The notes under the pieces: model-generated
Seen by the model: the letters and a program-made list of their open reading frames with translations, nothing else
Told to the model about the DNA's origin: nothing
The model's database searches: none
DNA from: an uncultured Candidatus Saccharibacteria bacterium
Lineage (GTDB): Bacteria > Patescibacteriota > Minisyncoccia > Minisyncoccales > RBG-13-42-11
DNA: 64,000 bases
Direction: 5' to 3'
NCBI GenBank assembly: GCA_964481125.1
Contig: CAYZSL010000002.1
Location: forward strand, 24,597-88,596
Shown: piece by piece, positions 1-9,856 of the stretch
Position numbering within the stretch: the first letter of the stretch is position 1
Layout: every line of letters begins with the position of its first letter
Made by a program: the position numbers and the translations under genes

Positions 1-42
1 TTCTTCCTTGTTTGCAATTCGACAAAATACGCATTTCATATA

Positions 43-1344
43 TTAACGTTTGCTTTTTAAGCGCCTTTGCATTTCTTTGACGATTCTTTCCAATCTTATT
101 GTTTCCTGTTTGCCTGTTTTCATGTCTCTGATTATGATCGTACCGTCCAAGCTTTCTTTCTGTCCCAAAAGCAAAGTGTATCTCGCTTCCAGCTTGTCAG
201 CCATTCTTAATTGGGCTTTTAAAGAATCCTTACCGAAAGATTCTGCCACCTGAATTTTAACCTTTCTGAAGTCTTCCAAAAGCTTCAAGCTTTTTCTTTT
301 GGCCATGGTGCCGAGCTGAGCCAGGAAAATCGTAGCAGTAGCTGACTTTACACCTTTCATTTCTTTGCTCTTCATAATGCTAACCACCCTTTCTATCCCC
401 ATAGCTCCGCCGACAGCTTTCGTTTCTTCACCCCCCAGCAGTTTGATTAATCCGTCGTAGCGTCCGCCTCCAACCAAAGCTCTTTTTAAAAGAGGTTCTC
501 CTTCTGTCTTTTTCGGAACTTCAGTGAAAATCTCAAAAGCGGTTTTAGTGTAATAGTCCAATCCTCTGACCAGATAAGGATTCAAACGGTAAGGCAACTC
601 AGTTTCATCGAGAAACTCCAGAACTCCTTTAAAATGGCTGTGGCATTCTTCGCAAAGATGATCGATAAGCTGGGGTGCCTGGCTGACTATCCTCTGGCAT
701 TTTTCCTCTTCGCAATCCAATATCCTTAAAGGATTTTCTTTCAATCTGCGGCGGCAGTCAGCGCACAGAGAAGCATCCCTTGATTTGAAATAGCTGACCA
801 GAAGCTTTTTGTAATATGGCCTACACTGATTGTCTCCTATGCTGTTTATTTCAACAATCAAGTTCTTTATCTTCAATTCGCTCAAAATATTGTAAAAAAT
901 CTGAATAGTCTGGGCGTCAAGCACTGGATTGTCGTCTCCGATAATTTCAACGTTCAGCTGGTTAAACTGGCGGAATCTGCCTGCCTGGGGATGTTCGTAC
1001 CTGAATACCGGACCAGTTGAATACAACTTAACCGGCTGGGGCAAAGACTGCATACCGTGTTCCAGATAAGCTCTGACAATGCCAGGAGTGAATTCCGGCC
1101 TCAAAGTCAGATGGTCTCCTCCTTTTGTCCGTAAGGTAAACATCTGCTTCTGGACAATATCACTTGTCAATCCTGTTCCTTTTTCATAAAGAGCTGTATT
1201 TTCCAAAATCGGAGTATCTATTTTTTGAAAACCGTAAAAGTTAAGCACTGTTTCACAAGCATTGTAAATCTTTTGGAAATATCCCTGGTCTTCCAGCAAA
1301 ATATCGTGCATGCCTGTTGGCGCTTGGAATTTTAGTTTTTTCAT
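43..1344 (-). CDS. hisS: Histidyl-tRNA synthetase
   Basis: Motifs LRPEFT, GRFRQF, LVRGLDYY, GGGRYDGL; start reassigned to the ATG of MKKLKFQAPTG, 5 nt after the lepB stop. Confidence 0.97.
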   Translation of the reverse strand: MKKLKFQAPTGMHDILLEDQGYFQKIYNACETVLNFYGFQKIDTPILENTALYEKGTGLTSDIVQKQMFTLRTKGGDHLTLRPEFTPGIVRAYLEHGMQSLPQPVKLYSTGPVFRYEHPQAGRFRQFNQLNVEIIGDDNPVLDAQTIQIFYNILSELKIKNLIVEINSIGDNQCRPYYKKLLVSYFKSRDASLCADCRRRLKENPLRILDCEEEKCQRIVSQAPQLIDHLCEECHSHFKGVLEFLDETELPYRLNPYLVRGLDYYTKTAFEIFTEVPKKTEGEPLLKRALVGGGRYDGLIKLLGGEETKAVGGAMGIERVVSIMKSKEMKGVKSATATIFLAQLGTMAKRKSLKLLEDFRKVKIQVAESFGKDSLKAQLRMADKLEARYTLLLGQKESLDGTIIIRDMKTGKQETIRLERIVKEMQRRLKSKR

Positions 1345-1349
1345 ATGAA

Positions 1350-1907
1350 TTATTGGCTTGGCGAATATTCCGGTGTTTCGATTTTTGCTGAAGCTGATAC
1401 TGGCCAGGCTTTGATCCAAGTTCGACCAATAATGTTTTCCTCGGGTAAAGCCCCCCATCTTCTCGAATCTGCTGAAACAGCCCGGTTATCGCCCAAAACA
1501 AAATAATCGTTTTCTCCGAGAATTATTTGCTGGCTGCCAGCAGTAAAAACAGAGGGGAAAAGATAAGCTGATTCGTCCAAAACCCTGCCGCCATCTTCAC
1601 TGTAAATAACAACTTTTCCATCACCTATTTCTATCGTTTCTCCGGGCAAACCGATTATTCTCTTAATGTAGCGCTGGGAAGGATCATTGGGATATTTAAA
1701 AACAATCACTTCTCCTCTTAAAGGGTCCCTGAATCTGTAAGAAATTTCATCGATAATAAGATAATCCCCGTTCTCAAAACTGGGCTCCATTGACTGGCCC
1801 CTAACGAAAAACGGCTGGAAAATAAAATAGCGGATGGGAATAACGATCAGCAAAGCGAGAATGACTATTTTGCTGACTTCCCACATGAATAGCAAAAAAG
1901 ACTTCAT
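1350..1907 (-). CDS. lepB: Signal peptidase I
   Basis: N-terminal TM segment, GQSMEP (catalytic Ser), YIKRIIGLPG (catalytic Lys), GDNRAVSADSR. Confidence 0.96.
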   Translation of the reverse strand: MKSFLLFMWEVSKIVILALLIVIPIRYFIFQPFFVRGQSMEPSFENGDYLIIDEISYRFRDPLRGEVIVFKYPNDPSQRYIKRIIGLPGETIEIGDGKVVIYSEDGGRVLDESAYLFPSVFTAGSQQIILGENDYFVLGDNRAVSADSRRWGALPEENIIGRTWIKAWPVSASAKIETPEYSPSQ

Positions 1908-1968
1908 ACTTTTCTAATTATATCAGAATTTTTATGATTATCAATAGATAATGTTATAATATAAGATT

Positions 1969-2529
1969 ATGGTACTGATTGTCGGCCTGGGCAACCCAGG
2001 AGAAAAATACGAAAAAACGAGGCACAATGTAGGCTTTAAAGCGGTAGAAGAAATTGTCAAGATTTTTGATTTTCCAATCTTTACTTCCAAATCAATTTTT
2101 AAGGCTGAAATTTCAAAAGGAATATACAATAATAAAAATATTGTTTTAGCTAAGCCGAAAACCTTCATGAATCTTTCAGGACAAGCAGTAAAACTGCTGA
2201 TGAAAAGCTTTAAAACAAAAGATTTGATCGTTATTCACGATGATATCGATATTCCTTTGGGGAAAATCAGAATTGCCGATAACCGGGGAGCAGCCAGCCA
2301 TAATGGCGTTGAATCAATAATCAACGAACTGAAAACAAAAAACTTCATAAGACTGCGTATCGGTATAAAACCAAAAATAAAGATTAAGGCTTTGGACAGA
2401 TTCGTTCTTCAAAAGTTCAGTAAAGAAGAAACGGAAGCTGTGAAAGAAGTTATTAAAAAAACCGTTGAAGCGGTTGAAACAATAGTGAATAAAGGACTGC
2501 AAAAGGCGATGAATACATATAATAAATGA
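1969..2529 (+). CDS. pth: Peptidyl-tRNA hydrolase
   Basis: LIVGLGNPG..Y..TRHNVGF, KPKTFMNLSG, HDD, HNG motifs. Confidence 0.97.
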   Translation: MVLIVGLGNPGEKYEKTRHNVGFKAVEEIVKIFDFPIFTSKSIFKAEISKGIYNNKNIVLAKPKTFMNLSGQAVKLLMKSFKTKDLIVIHDDIDIPLGKIRIADNRGAASHNGVESIINELKTKNFIRLRIGIKPKIKIKALDRFVLQKFSKEETEAVKEVIKKTVEAVETIVNKGLQKAMNTYNK

Positions 2530-2531
2530 AA

Positions 2532-2568
2532 AGCCGAGGCAATGACTTGAACATTGTTTTCCTCGGCT
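2532..2568. terminator. Hairpin between convergent pth and a small ORF
   Basis: agccgagg...cctcggct inverted repeat between the two stop codons. Confidence 0.55.
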
Positions 2569-2569
2569 C

Positions 2570-2752
2570 TCAAGATCTTTGCTTGATGATGCGCTGAATC
2601 GATTTTGCTACTTCTTTAATTGTGAAACTGGAAGACTTAATGGGATATTTTATAATCACTATCCCATGATCTATCAAACAAATAAAATTTCCAGTTTTTT
2701 TAAGGGAATATGAAGGTGGCAATCGCACCATCTTTTTAATTTGTGCTATCAA
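2570..2752 (-). CDS. Small hypothetical protein (60 aa, TTG start)
   Basis: Strong SD AAGGAGGTGA just before TTG; upstream promoter; downstream hairpin. Confidence 0.6.
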   Translation of the reverse strand: MIAQIKKMVRLPPSYSLKKTGNFICLIDHGIVIIKYPIKSSSFTIKEVAKSIQRIIKQRS

Positions 2753-2788
2753 GGATTCACCTCCTTAAATATAGTAAGAGCAAGCATA

Positions 2789-2953
2789 TCTCGCCCTCCA
2801 GTCTACCTGCAAGCGTTATGGATCAGGAACAAAAGTCCAAATCCGTAACCTAGGGCACTAAGTTAAAGGAGGGATAACTTAGAATCCATCCTCCTACCCT
2901 CCCTAAAAGAGAAAGTAAGGTTAAGCCACTAGCAGGCAGACTGCAAGGCGAAA
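2789..2953 (-). ncRNA. Putative structured 5' leader / ncRNA
   Basis: Long closing stem (2789-2810 with 2932-2953) enclosing three hairpins; most G-U wobbles favour the minus strand. Confidence 0.5.
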
Positions 2954-2982
2954 CTTTGACAAAAAACAACGATATATTATAT

Positions 2983-3010
2983 ATTATACATAATTGAATG
3001 AATTTGTCAA
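2983..3010 (-). promoter_or_regulatory. Sigma70-type promoter
   Basis: TTGACA-N16-TATAAT on the minus strand. Confidence 0.7.
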
Positions 3011-3074
3011 CCATGTTAGAAATTTTACAAAAGTTTGTAATTTTCAAAAACAATGTTAAGTTAAAAAAACGTTT

Positions 3075-5129
3075 ATGCAATTAGTAATCGTTGAAAGCCC
3101 TACAAAAGGGAAAACAATTGAAAAATTCTTAGGCTCCAAATACCGAGTCTTATCTTCTTACGGTCATGTTAGGGATTTACCCAAGACCAAATTTGGCATT
3201 GACGTGGAAAATGATTTTACTCCGACATACATTATTATGCCAAAAGCCAAAAAAAACGTAGAGCTTCTGAAAAAAGAAATAAAAAAAGCAGATTCAGTAA
3301 TCCTAGCTACAGACGAAGACAGGGAAGGAGAAGCAATCGCCTATCATCTGACCCAGGCTTTAGATTTAAAAAATGCAAAAAGAATTGTTTTCCACGAAAT
3401 TACCAAATCAGCAATTAAAGAAGCCTTAGAAAACCCCAGAGAAATTGATATGGCTTTGGTTGACGCCCAGCAAGCCAGAAGATTTTTGGACAGAATAGTC
3501 GGCTACAAACTCTCTCCTTTTCTATGGAAAAAAGTGGCCAGGGGCCTGTCTGCCGGCAGAGTCCAGTCAATAGCCGTAAGACTGGTGGTTGAGAGAGAAG
3601 AAGAAATAAAGAACTTCAAACCCCAGGAATACTGGACTGTCATTGCTCTTCTAAAAAAATCTTCTACCTCGAAACAAACATTTGAAGCTTTTTTAATTAA
3701 AAAAGACGACAAAGTTTTAGACAAACTGGAAATATCAAACAAAAAAGAAGCAGATAAGATTGTCAAAGACTTAAATGAGGCAGAGTATAAAGTATTAAAT
3801 ATCGATGAAAAAGAAGCAAAAAGAAATCCTTTGCCGCCTTTCACCACCAGCACCTTGCAGCAAACAGCCTGGCAGAAATTCAGGCTTCCGGCAAAGATAA
3901 CCATGCGAATCGCCCAAAGCTTATATGAGAAAGGTTTCATTACCTACCACCGAACCGACTCTTTGAACCTCTCAAACCAATCGCTTTTTTCCGCTAAAAA
4001 ATTCATTATTGACAACTACGGAGAAAAATACTGGCCGGGATTCCCGAGAAAATATAAAACAAAAGCAAAAGGAGCCCAAGAAGCCCACGAAGCAATAAGA
4101 CCCAGTTATCCTGATAAATCCCCTGAACAATTAAAAACGCAAGCTAAGCTTGAAGAAAGCCAATTCAAGCTTTACGATTTAATCTGGAGGAGATTCGTCG
4201 CCTGCCAAATGAGCCAGGCAATATTTGATTCAACGACCGTGGACATTTCAGCCAAAAACTATACTTTCCGGGTTAACGGACAGATGCTAAAATTTGACGG
4301 GTTTTTGAAGATTTATCCGATCAAATACGAAGAAAAAGATCTGCCGTCTTTAAAGAAAGATGAGGTCCTGAAATTAGTAAAATTAGATCCTTCACAACAC
4401 TTTACCGAACCGCCTCCCCGCTATAATGAAGCAACCATCATCAAGACCCTAGAAGAAAACGGAATAGGCAGGCCATCAACTTATGCTCCAATTCTTTCCA
4501 ATATCCAGGATAAAAACTATATTGAAAAAGACGAACAAAGAAGATTCAGACCGACTGAAATTGGCAGCGTGGTCAACAACCTTTTAGTCGCCCATTTTCC
4601 TGAAATCGTTGACATCGGTTTTACAGCTAAAATGGAAGAAGATTTGGACGAAATCGCTCAAAAAAAGAAAGAGCTAATTCCAGTAATTAAGGAATTCTAT
4701 ACACCTTTTGAAAAGAACTTGAAACAAAAATATGAAGAGGTTTCCAAAAAAGACATTACTGAAAAGCCAACTGAAAAAACCTGCCCGAAATGCAAAGCCC
4801 CTCTTTTGATACGAATCGGCAGATACGGAGAGTTTTATGCCTGTTCAAAATTCCCGAAATGCCGGTATACCGAATCACTTGAAAAAAATAATCTCGGAGT
4901 CAAATGCCCGAAATGCAAAAAGGGGAAAATCGTTGAAAAGAGAACTAAAAAAAGAAAGATATTCTACGGCTGCGACCAATTCCCAAAGTGCGACTTTGCT
5001 TTATGGGATAAACCAACTGGAGAAAAATGCAAAAAATGCGACTCTCTCATGGTGAAAACAAGAAGATGGGGAGAAAAATGCTCGAATAAGGAATGCGATT
5101 TTAAAATTGAAAAAGAAGGAAAACTTTGA
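3075..5129 (+). CDS. topA: DNA topoisomerase I
   Basis: IVESPTK, ATDEDREGE, SAGRVQS, ITYHRTDS, GIGRPSTY, C-terminal Zn ribbons. Confidence 0.98.
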   Translation: MQLVIVESPTKGKTIEKFLGSKYRVLSSYGHVRDLPKTKFGIDVENDFTPTYIIMPKAKKNVELLKKEIKKADSVILATDEDREGEAIAYHLTQALDLKNAKRIVFHEITKSAIKEALENPREIDMALVDAQQARRFLDRIVGYKLSPFLWKKVARGLSAGRVQSIAVRLVVEREEEIKNFKPQEYWTVIALLKKSSTSKQTFEAFLIKKDDKVLDKLEISNKKEADKIVKDLNEAEYKVLNIDEKEAKRNPLPPFTTSTLQQTAWQKFRLPAKITMRIAQSLYEKGFITYHRTDSLNLSNQSLFSAKKFIIDNYGEKYWPGFPRKYKTKAKGAQEAHEAIRPSYPDKSPEQLKTQAKLEESQFKLYDLIWRRFVACQMSQAIFDSTTVDISAKNYTFRVNGQMLKFDGFLKIYPIKYEEKDLPSLKKDEVLKLVKLDPSQHFTEPPPRYNEATIIKTLEENGIGRPSTYAPILSNIQDKNYIEKDEQRRFRPTEIGSVVNNLLVAHFPEIVDIGFTAKMEEDLDEIAQKKKELIPVIKEFYTPFEKNLKQKYEEVSKKDITEKPTEKTCPKCKAPLLIRIGRYGEFYACSKFPKCRYTESLEKNNLGVKCPKCKKGKIVEKRTKKRKIFYGCDQFPKCDFALWDKPTGEKCKKCDSLMVKTRRWGEKCSNKECDFKIEKEGKL

Positions 5130-5148
5130 TAATCTTAAATGAGAATTT

Positions 5149-5235
5149 GCCTGGGTGGCGGAATTGGTTTACGCGTACGACTCAAAATCGTATAAGAGCA
5201 ATCTTGTGTGGGTTCGAGTCCCACCCCAGGCACCA
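5149..5235 (+). tRNA. tRNA-Leu(CAA)
   Basis: GCCTGGG/CCCAGGC acceptor stem, tacga-ctCAAaa-tcgta anticodon arm, long variable arm, GTTCGAGTC, encoded CCA. Confidence 0.97.
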
Positions 5236-5239
5236 ATTT

Positions 5240-5269
5240 AAAAATCCCCTATTTGAATAAGGGATTTTT
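5240..5269. terminator. Bidirectional intrinsic terminator
   Basis: aaaaatccc...gggattttt between the tRNA and convergent tsaC. Confidence 0.6.
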
Positions 5270-5853
5270 TATTCCCTCAAAATCTTCGGCTGAGAACCGG
5301 TAATATCAATCAGCCTTGATTGCTTGCTAAATTTCAGTCTATTATCAGAAATCATTAAATCAAGCTTGGCTTTTTTAAACTGTTTTATTATATCTTTTGC
5401 GTTGTTTAACGGCTTTTTACCTGAAATATTGGCTGAAGTTTGTACTAAAGGCTTATTAACTCTCCCGAGTAATTTATTTAATAAAGGATAATCTGGAGTC
5501 CTAATGGCTATAGTGTCTTTATCAACACCATATAACTTCATTCCTTTTCTTCTTTTTAAAACTACTGTTGTTTTACCGGGCCAAACAGATTTCAAGAACT
5601 TTTCCTGTTTTTTATCTATCTTTGCTATTTTCTTGGCTAATTTTAAATCTTTTACGAAAACAGGTAGCCATTTTCTTTTCTCTCTACCTTTAATTCTAAA
5701 AATCTTTTCAACTGCTTTTTTATTCGTTGCATCAACTATTAATCCATAAACAGTATCTGTCGGGAAAACAACAACTCCGCCTTTTCTTACTATTTCAGCT
5801 GTTTTTCTAACTATGTTTAAATAATTGTCTGACGAAATATCTAAAATGTCCAT
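5269..5853 (-). CDS. tsaC: Threonylcarbamoyl-AMP synthase (Sua5/YrdC family)
   Basis: FPTDTVYGL, IKGR, WPG, TSANISG motifs. Confidence 0.93.
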   Translation of the reverse strand: MDILDISSDNYLNIVRKTAEIVRKGGVVVFPTDTVYGLIVDATNKKAVEKIFRIKGREKRKWLPVFVKDLKLAKKIAKIDKKQEKFLKSVWPGKTTVVLKRRKGMKLYGVDKDTIAIRTPDYPLLNKLLGRVNKPLVQTSANISGKKPLNNAKDIIKQFKKAKLDLMISDNRLKFSKQSRLIDITGSQPKILRE

Positions 5854-5889
5854 TTTATAATTCTATCATTTTTTGAATTTAAAATAAAA

Positions 5890-5919
5890 AACTGGGAACC
5901 CTTATTCAGAATTCCCAGT
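5890..5919 (-). terminator. Intrinsic terminator
   Basis: actgggaa...ttcccagt stem next to an A-tract (U-tract on minus). Confidence 0.55.
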
Positions 5920-5941
5920 ATTTGGAGTTTTTGTATTCAAG

Positions 5942-6538
5942 TCAATTAGGTGGCGAAGTATAGCCGAAGAAGGGCACCATTCGATAGCGAGTGACCGATC
6001 TGTGCTTTGTAACGGTCCTGTACTTTGTTAACTCCCTATACAGAGTGATGGTCCTTTCTTTCGTAACCTCTCTATACTTTGTAACTGTCCGGCTCTTCGT
6101 TACCTCCCTAATTTCCGTCTCCGTACAATAATTTGTGCAGAAGATTGGTGAACATTCAGGTCCCGGAGGGGGTGGTATTGGAGGTTGTCCCGGAGGGGGT
6201 GGTATTGGAGGTTGTCCCGGAGGGGGTGGTATTGGAGGTTGTCCCGGAGGGGGTGGCCATGGTTTTGGATTACAATTCCGTCCACAAACATATGTACCAC
6301 AGACTACTTGATATGAATATGGTTCATATTCGGTATAATACTCTGTAGCATCGTACGGTTCATCTTCGGTATAGGTTTCCGTTACCTGGTAAGGATCTGG
6401 AACCGTATAAGCCTCTTGGAAATCATAAGACTCCTGGGCAATATAGCTTTCTTGTTTCATCGGAACAGAAAAGCCAACTATCAAAAGAAGAGCCAATACC
6501 ACCAAAACTACAAGAGTCCAGCTAGCTCCCGAAGTCAT
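5942..6538 (-). CDS. Membrane-anchored repetitive Pro/Tyr/Thr-rich surface protein
   Basis: SD AAAGGAGGTG, N-terminal TM, 6-residue periodic repeats, PPPPGQPPI repeats. Confidence 0.8.
   Translation of the reverse strand: MTSGASWTLVVLVVLALLLIVGFSVPMKQESYIAQESYDFQEAYTVPDPYQVTETYTEDEPYDATEYYTEYEPYSYQVVCGTYVCGRNCNPKPWPPPPGQPPIPPPPGQPPIPPPPGQPPIPPPPGPECSPIFCTNYCTETEIREVTKSRTVTKYREVTKERTITLYRELTKYRTVTKHRSVTRYRMVPFFGYTSPPN
6160..6256. repeat. 27-bp tandem repeat, ~3.6 exact copies
   Basis: Unit gtcccggagggggtggtattggaggtt, coding PPPPGQPPI on the minus strand. Confidence 0.95.
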
Positions 6539-6617
6539 TTTGCACCTCCTTTATTTTTTTTCTAGAGCTATCAATAACTATCACATTCTTATTATCTCCT
6601 TTCAAAGAAACTGATTT

Positions 6618-6645
6618 ATTATACTAAATCAAAGCTTTTTGTCAA
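6618..6645 (-). promoter_or_regulatory. Sigma70-type promoter
   Basis: TTGACA-N16-TATAAT upstream of the 5942..6538 gene. Confidence 0.7.
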
Positions 6646-6660
6646 TGGTCAAAGAAATTG

Positions 6661-6700
6661 AAAAAATAGAGCCCTGCTTTTGGTTATATAGCAGGGCTCT
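6661..6700 (-). terminator. Intrinsic terminator
   Basis: agagccctgct / agcagggctct 11-bp stem followed by a U-tract on minus. Confidence 0.7.
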
Positions 6701-6804
6701 CTCGAAATAGGGGGTGAAATGCCCAGTTTTTCACTAGGGTTTGTAGAGTGACTACTTATTTAAGTCAAACCGCAATCAATAAGCATCACCTCCTTCAAAT
6801 AAAA

Positions 6805-7075
6805 AGTGCTTTGGGGAAACAGTCCTGCCTACAAATGGGATATCTCCTCTGCTTCTGTCTCCACTTCTAAGACTAAGACAGGACTGTTTCATGCACCGAG
6901 GCAGGGGAAGACCCTGCGGACAATGAACTGTGGGTCGAGTCAATTGACCCGTGCCGGCAAACGTAGCTAAGCCGCTACTGCCGATAATCTCTGGCTTGGT
7001 GGCCCGGAACTGCTAGACGATGTAATACATCGACTACTACCGGCGATCTGATACTTACCATCCAGATCTCCTTTC
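6805..7075 (-). ncRNA. Putative multi-hairpin structured ncRNA
   Basis: GC-richer than its flanks, six tandem hairpins, upstream promoter (7095-7123) and downstream terminator, no long ORF. Confidence 0.55.
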
Positions 7076-7094
7076 TATATTAAACTATGTAATT

Positions 7095-7123
7095 AGAATA
7101 TTAAAAAAATGAATCTTTGTCAA
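7095..7123 (-). promoter_or_regulatory. Sigma70-type promoter
   Basis: TTGACA-N17-TATTCT. Confidence 0.55.
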
Positions 7124-7134
7124 TACGGAAAAGT

Positions 7135-8385
7135 CTATTTCTTAATTCCTCTAAATTCGGTATAAAAAGTAGTTTTATCCTCGATATTTTCAAAAACAAC
7201 AGAATTCGGCCCGATCGAGCAGTCAGAACCAATCAAAACGCCGGGCATCAAAGAAGATCTGATGCCAATTTTCGTGTTTTTGCCGACAATCGCCCCCAAA
7301 GATTTCAATCCCGTGGTTATCCCTGGCTTAACTATTATCTCCCCTCTATCAACTCTGACATTGGCAGTAATTGTTCCTGATCCGACAAGACATCCTTCTC
7401 TAAAAACCGAATCGCCAAAATAACCAGAATGAATGGTTGTGTCTTGCTGGAAGATTGTTCGAGTCACTTCCGCAAAAGCGCCGATTAAAACATTGTTTTC
7501 TAAATTGGAATAACCGCGAATCAAAGAATTGTTGCCGATAATGCTATTAGCCCCTATATAGCAAGGCCCTTTAATAGTTGCATTTTCAAAAATCCTAACA
7601 TTTTCACCGATATAAACATTACCTTCAATAATTACATTTTTTGCAAGCTTAGCTGACTTTTCAATTTTCGGCTTCAAAAGCTTATTGAATAAATACTTTT
7701 CGATAATAAATAAATGCCATGGATATTTCAAAAAAGGAATATCTTCCTCTTTCTCCTGTAAAATAACTAATCTGACATCATTGTTCTTTATATATTCAGA
7801 AAGCGCTGCTTCAAAATTATACTTTCCTTGTTCCGCCTTCTCGAAAGTCTGAAAAAAATCTTTTGATAATAAATAAATACCGGATACTTTAATGTCCGAG
7901 GGCGCTTCTGATGGCTTTGGCTTTTCAATAATCTCTGTAATTTTATCTCCGCTTACTCTTGCCATGCCGAAAAGTTCAGGAGTCTTTGTTTTCTGGCCGG
8001 CTAAAACAGCTTTTGCTTCCCCTAATTTTGATATTAATTGATTAAAAACGTCTGAACACTCAACCATTTCAGCGTTTAAAACTATGAAATTATCTCTTAT
8101 TAAATCTTTAGCCTGCCATAAAGCATCTCCCATGCCATTGGCTTCAGCTTGGATTATGTAAGTTATTTTGCATTTGGGAAATTGATAATCAGAAAGTTCT
8201 TTTTCAAGTGCCATTTCTTTATCCTGCACAATTATAATTTCATTTATGCCAGATTTAATTAATCCGTCTATCGTATACCAAATCAAAGGCTTTCCCATTA
8301 TTTTAATAAGAGATTTATGCTTTCCGTTTAGCGGCCAAAAACGAGAAGATTCACCTGCCGCCAAGATTACTGCTTGATACTGCAT
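7135..8385 (-). CDS. Bifunctional sugar-1-phosphate nucleotidyltransferase/acetyltransferase (GlmU-like, archaeal type)
   Basis: [16 protein letters not shown]-transferase motif plus C-terminal hexapeptide repeats. Confidence 0.88.
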   Translation of the reverse strand: MQYQAVILAAGESSRFWPLNGKHKSLIKIMGKPLIWYTIDGLIKSGINEIIIVQDKEMALEKELSDYQFPKCKITYIIQAEANGMGDALWQAKDLIRDNFIVLNAEMVECSDVFNQLISKLGEAKAVLAGQKTKTPELFGMARVSGDKITEIIEKPKPSEAPSDIKVSGIYLLSKDFFQTFEKAEQGKYNFEAALSEYIKNNDVRLVILQEKEEDIPFLKYPWHLFIIEKYLFNKLLKPKIEKSAKLAKNVIIEGNVYIGENVRIFENATIKGPCYIGANSIIGNNSLIRGYSNLENNVLIGAFAEVTRTIFQQDTTIHSGYFGDSVFREGCLVGSGTITANVRVDRGEIIVKPGITTGLKSLGAIVGKNTKIGIRSSLMPGVLIGSDCSIGPNSVVFENIEDKTTFYTEFRGIKK

Positions 8386-8389
8386 AATT

Positions 8390-9835
8390 TTAATAAGTTT
8401 TTTTCTTCTTATGTAAGTCAGCCGTCCTATAGCTTAAGGGTCTGGAAAACATTGGAGCGCCGATATTCTTGATCAATTCCTTTTTCTTTTTTTCCATTAA
8501 ATTACGGGTTTTTGCCTCCACCACTAACTTTATTACCGGTTCAGTATTGGACGGCCTTACTAAAAACCACCAATCCTTAAAATCCGCCCTTAAACCGTCC
8601 TGTTCTGAAATCTTACCTGTTTTATACTTCTTTTTCAATTCTTTGATTTTCCCCTCTTTTGCTTTTGTTTCAAAATATATTTCGCCAGAATGAAAATACT
8701 TTTGAAGAGGTTTTATCAGTTCCGATAAAGTTTTTTTGGTTTTTTCCATTTCATTTACAATCTTTAAAAATACAAAGAATGGAACTTCGTAAAATAAGTT
8801 TTGCCCTAGATAATAATGGCCAGATACTTCCCCACCAAAAAAAATATTATCTTTTCTCATTTTTTCTTTTATTAAAGCATGTCCAATTTTAAAATTGATA
8901 GGAACACCACCATCTTCTTTAATAACTTCCTTTAAAACGTTACTCGACCGAATATCATAAAGAATTTTTGGCTTATTTTTTCCTTTCCATTCCTTTAATA
9001 TAATTTTAGCCATCAAGGCAGTTATCAAATCCCCCCTGATCGGATTACCTTTTTCATCAATAAATATGATTCTGTCAGCATCTCCATCTAAAATAATGCC
9101 AAAATTAGGCTTCTTTTTTCTGACCAAAGAAACAATATCCTTTAAGTTATTTCCAAAAGAAGGATCAGGAACATGGTTAGGGAAATCGCCATCTGGTTTG
9201 CAATAAATAGGATAAACTTTAATGCCTGTTTTTTTAAGAACCTTGAGGAAAATGGGGCCGCCCATTCCATTCCCAGCATCAATTGCAACAGATAATTTTT
9301 TAAATGTTTTTTTATTTATCTTATTTAATTTAAAAACAAAATTTATATAATCTTTTTCAATGTTTTTCTTAATGATTTTGCCCTTTAATGGGGGTAATTT
9401 TTCTTTTTGAAAGGCTTTCTTCGCTAATTGATCTCTCATCCAAAAAATTCCAGTTTCGCCAGAAAGAGGAATGGTTTTCTCGCGCGTTAATTTAAAACCA
9501 TTGAAAGGATTGGGATTATGCGAGGCGGTAATAATTATTCCTCCGTCAAGTCTTAAATGGGAAACTGCAAAATAAAGAGCAGGAGTTATTATTAAACCTA
9601 AATCAATAATATTGCATCCTTCTTGAATAATTCCTTTCGAAAGTCCTCGAAAAAGCTCAGGGGAAGAATAACGAATATCTCTTGCTATTCCAACGGTTAA
9701 TGTCTTCTTTTTTGATTTTTTCCGCAAAAAATGAATAAAGTAACGGCCAACTCGATAAGCCATTTCTTCATTAACATCCTGAGGATATATTCCCCTGATA
9801 TCGTAAAGACGAAAAATTTCTGGATTAATTTTCAT
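8390..9835 (-). CDS. Phosphohexomutase (PMM/PGM family)
   Basis: YDIRG, ITASHNP, DGDADR, GEVSGH, RPSNTEP. Confidence 0.93.
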   Translation of the reverse strand: MKINPEIFRLYDIRGIYPQDVNEEMAYRVGRYFIHFLRKKSKKKTLTVGIARDIRYSSPELFRGLSKGIIQEGCNIIDLGLIITPALYFAVSHLRLDGGIIITASHNPNPFNGFKLTREKTIPLSGETGIFWMRDQLAKKAFQKEKLPPLKGKIIKKNIEKDYINFVFKLNKINKKTFKKLSVAIDAGNGMGGPIFLKVLKKTGIKVYPIYCKPDGDFPNHVPDPSFGNNLKDIVSLVRKKKPNFGIILDGDADRIIFIDEKGNPIRGDLITALMAKIILKEWKGKNKPKILYDIRSSNVLKEVIKEDGGVPINFKIGHALIKEKMRKDNIFFGGEVSGHYYLGQNLFYEVPFFVFLKIVNEMEKTKKTLSELIKPLQKYFHSGEIYFETKAKEGKIKELKKKYKTGKISEQDGLRADFKDWWFLVRPSNTEPVIKLVVEAKTRNLMEKKKKELIKNIGAPMFSRPLSYRTADLHKKKKTY

Positions 9836-9856
9836 TGAAAATCTAATCTAATTAAT

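Noticed and set aside
6160-6256. 27-bp repeats as a CRISPR array
   Set aside because: No spacers; an in-frame coding tandem repeat.
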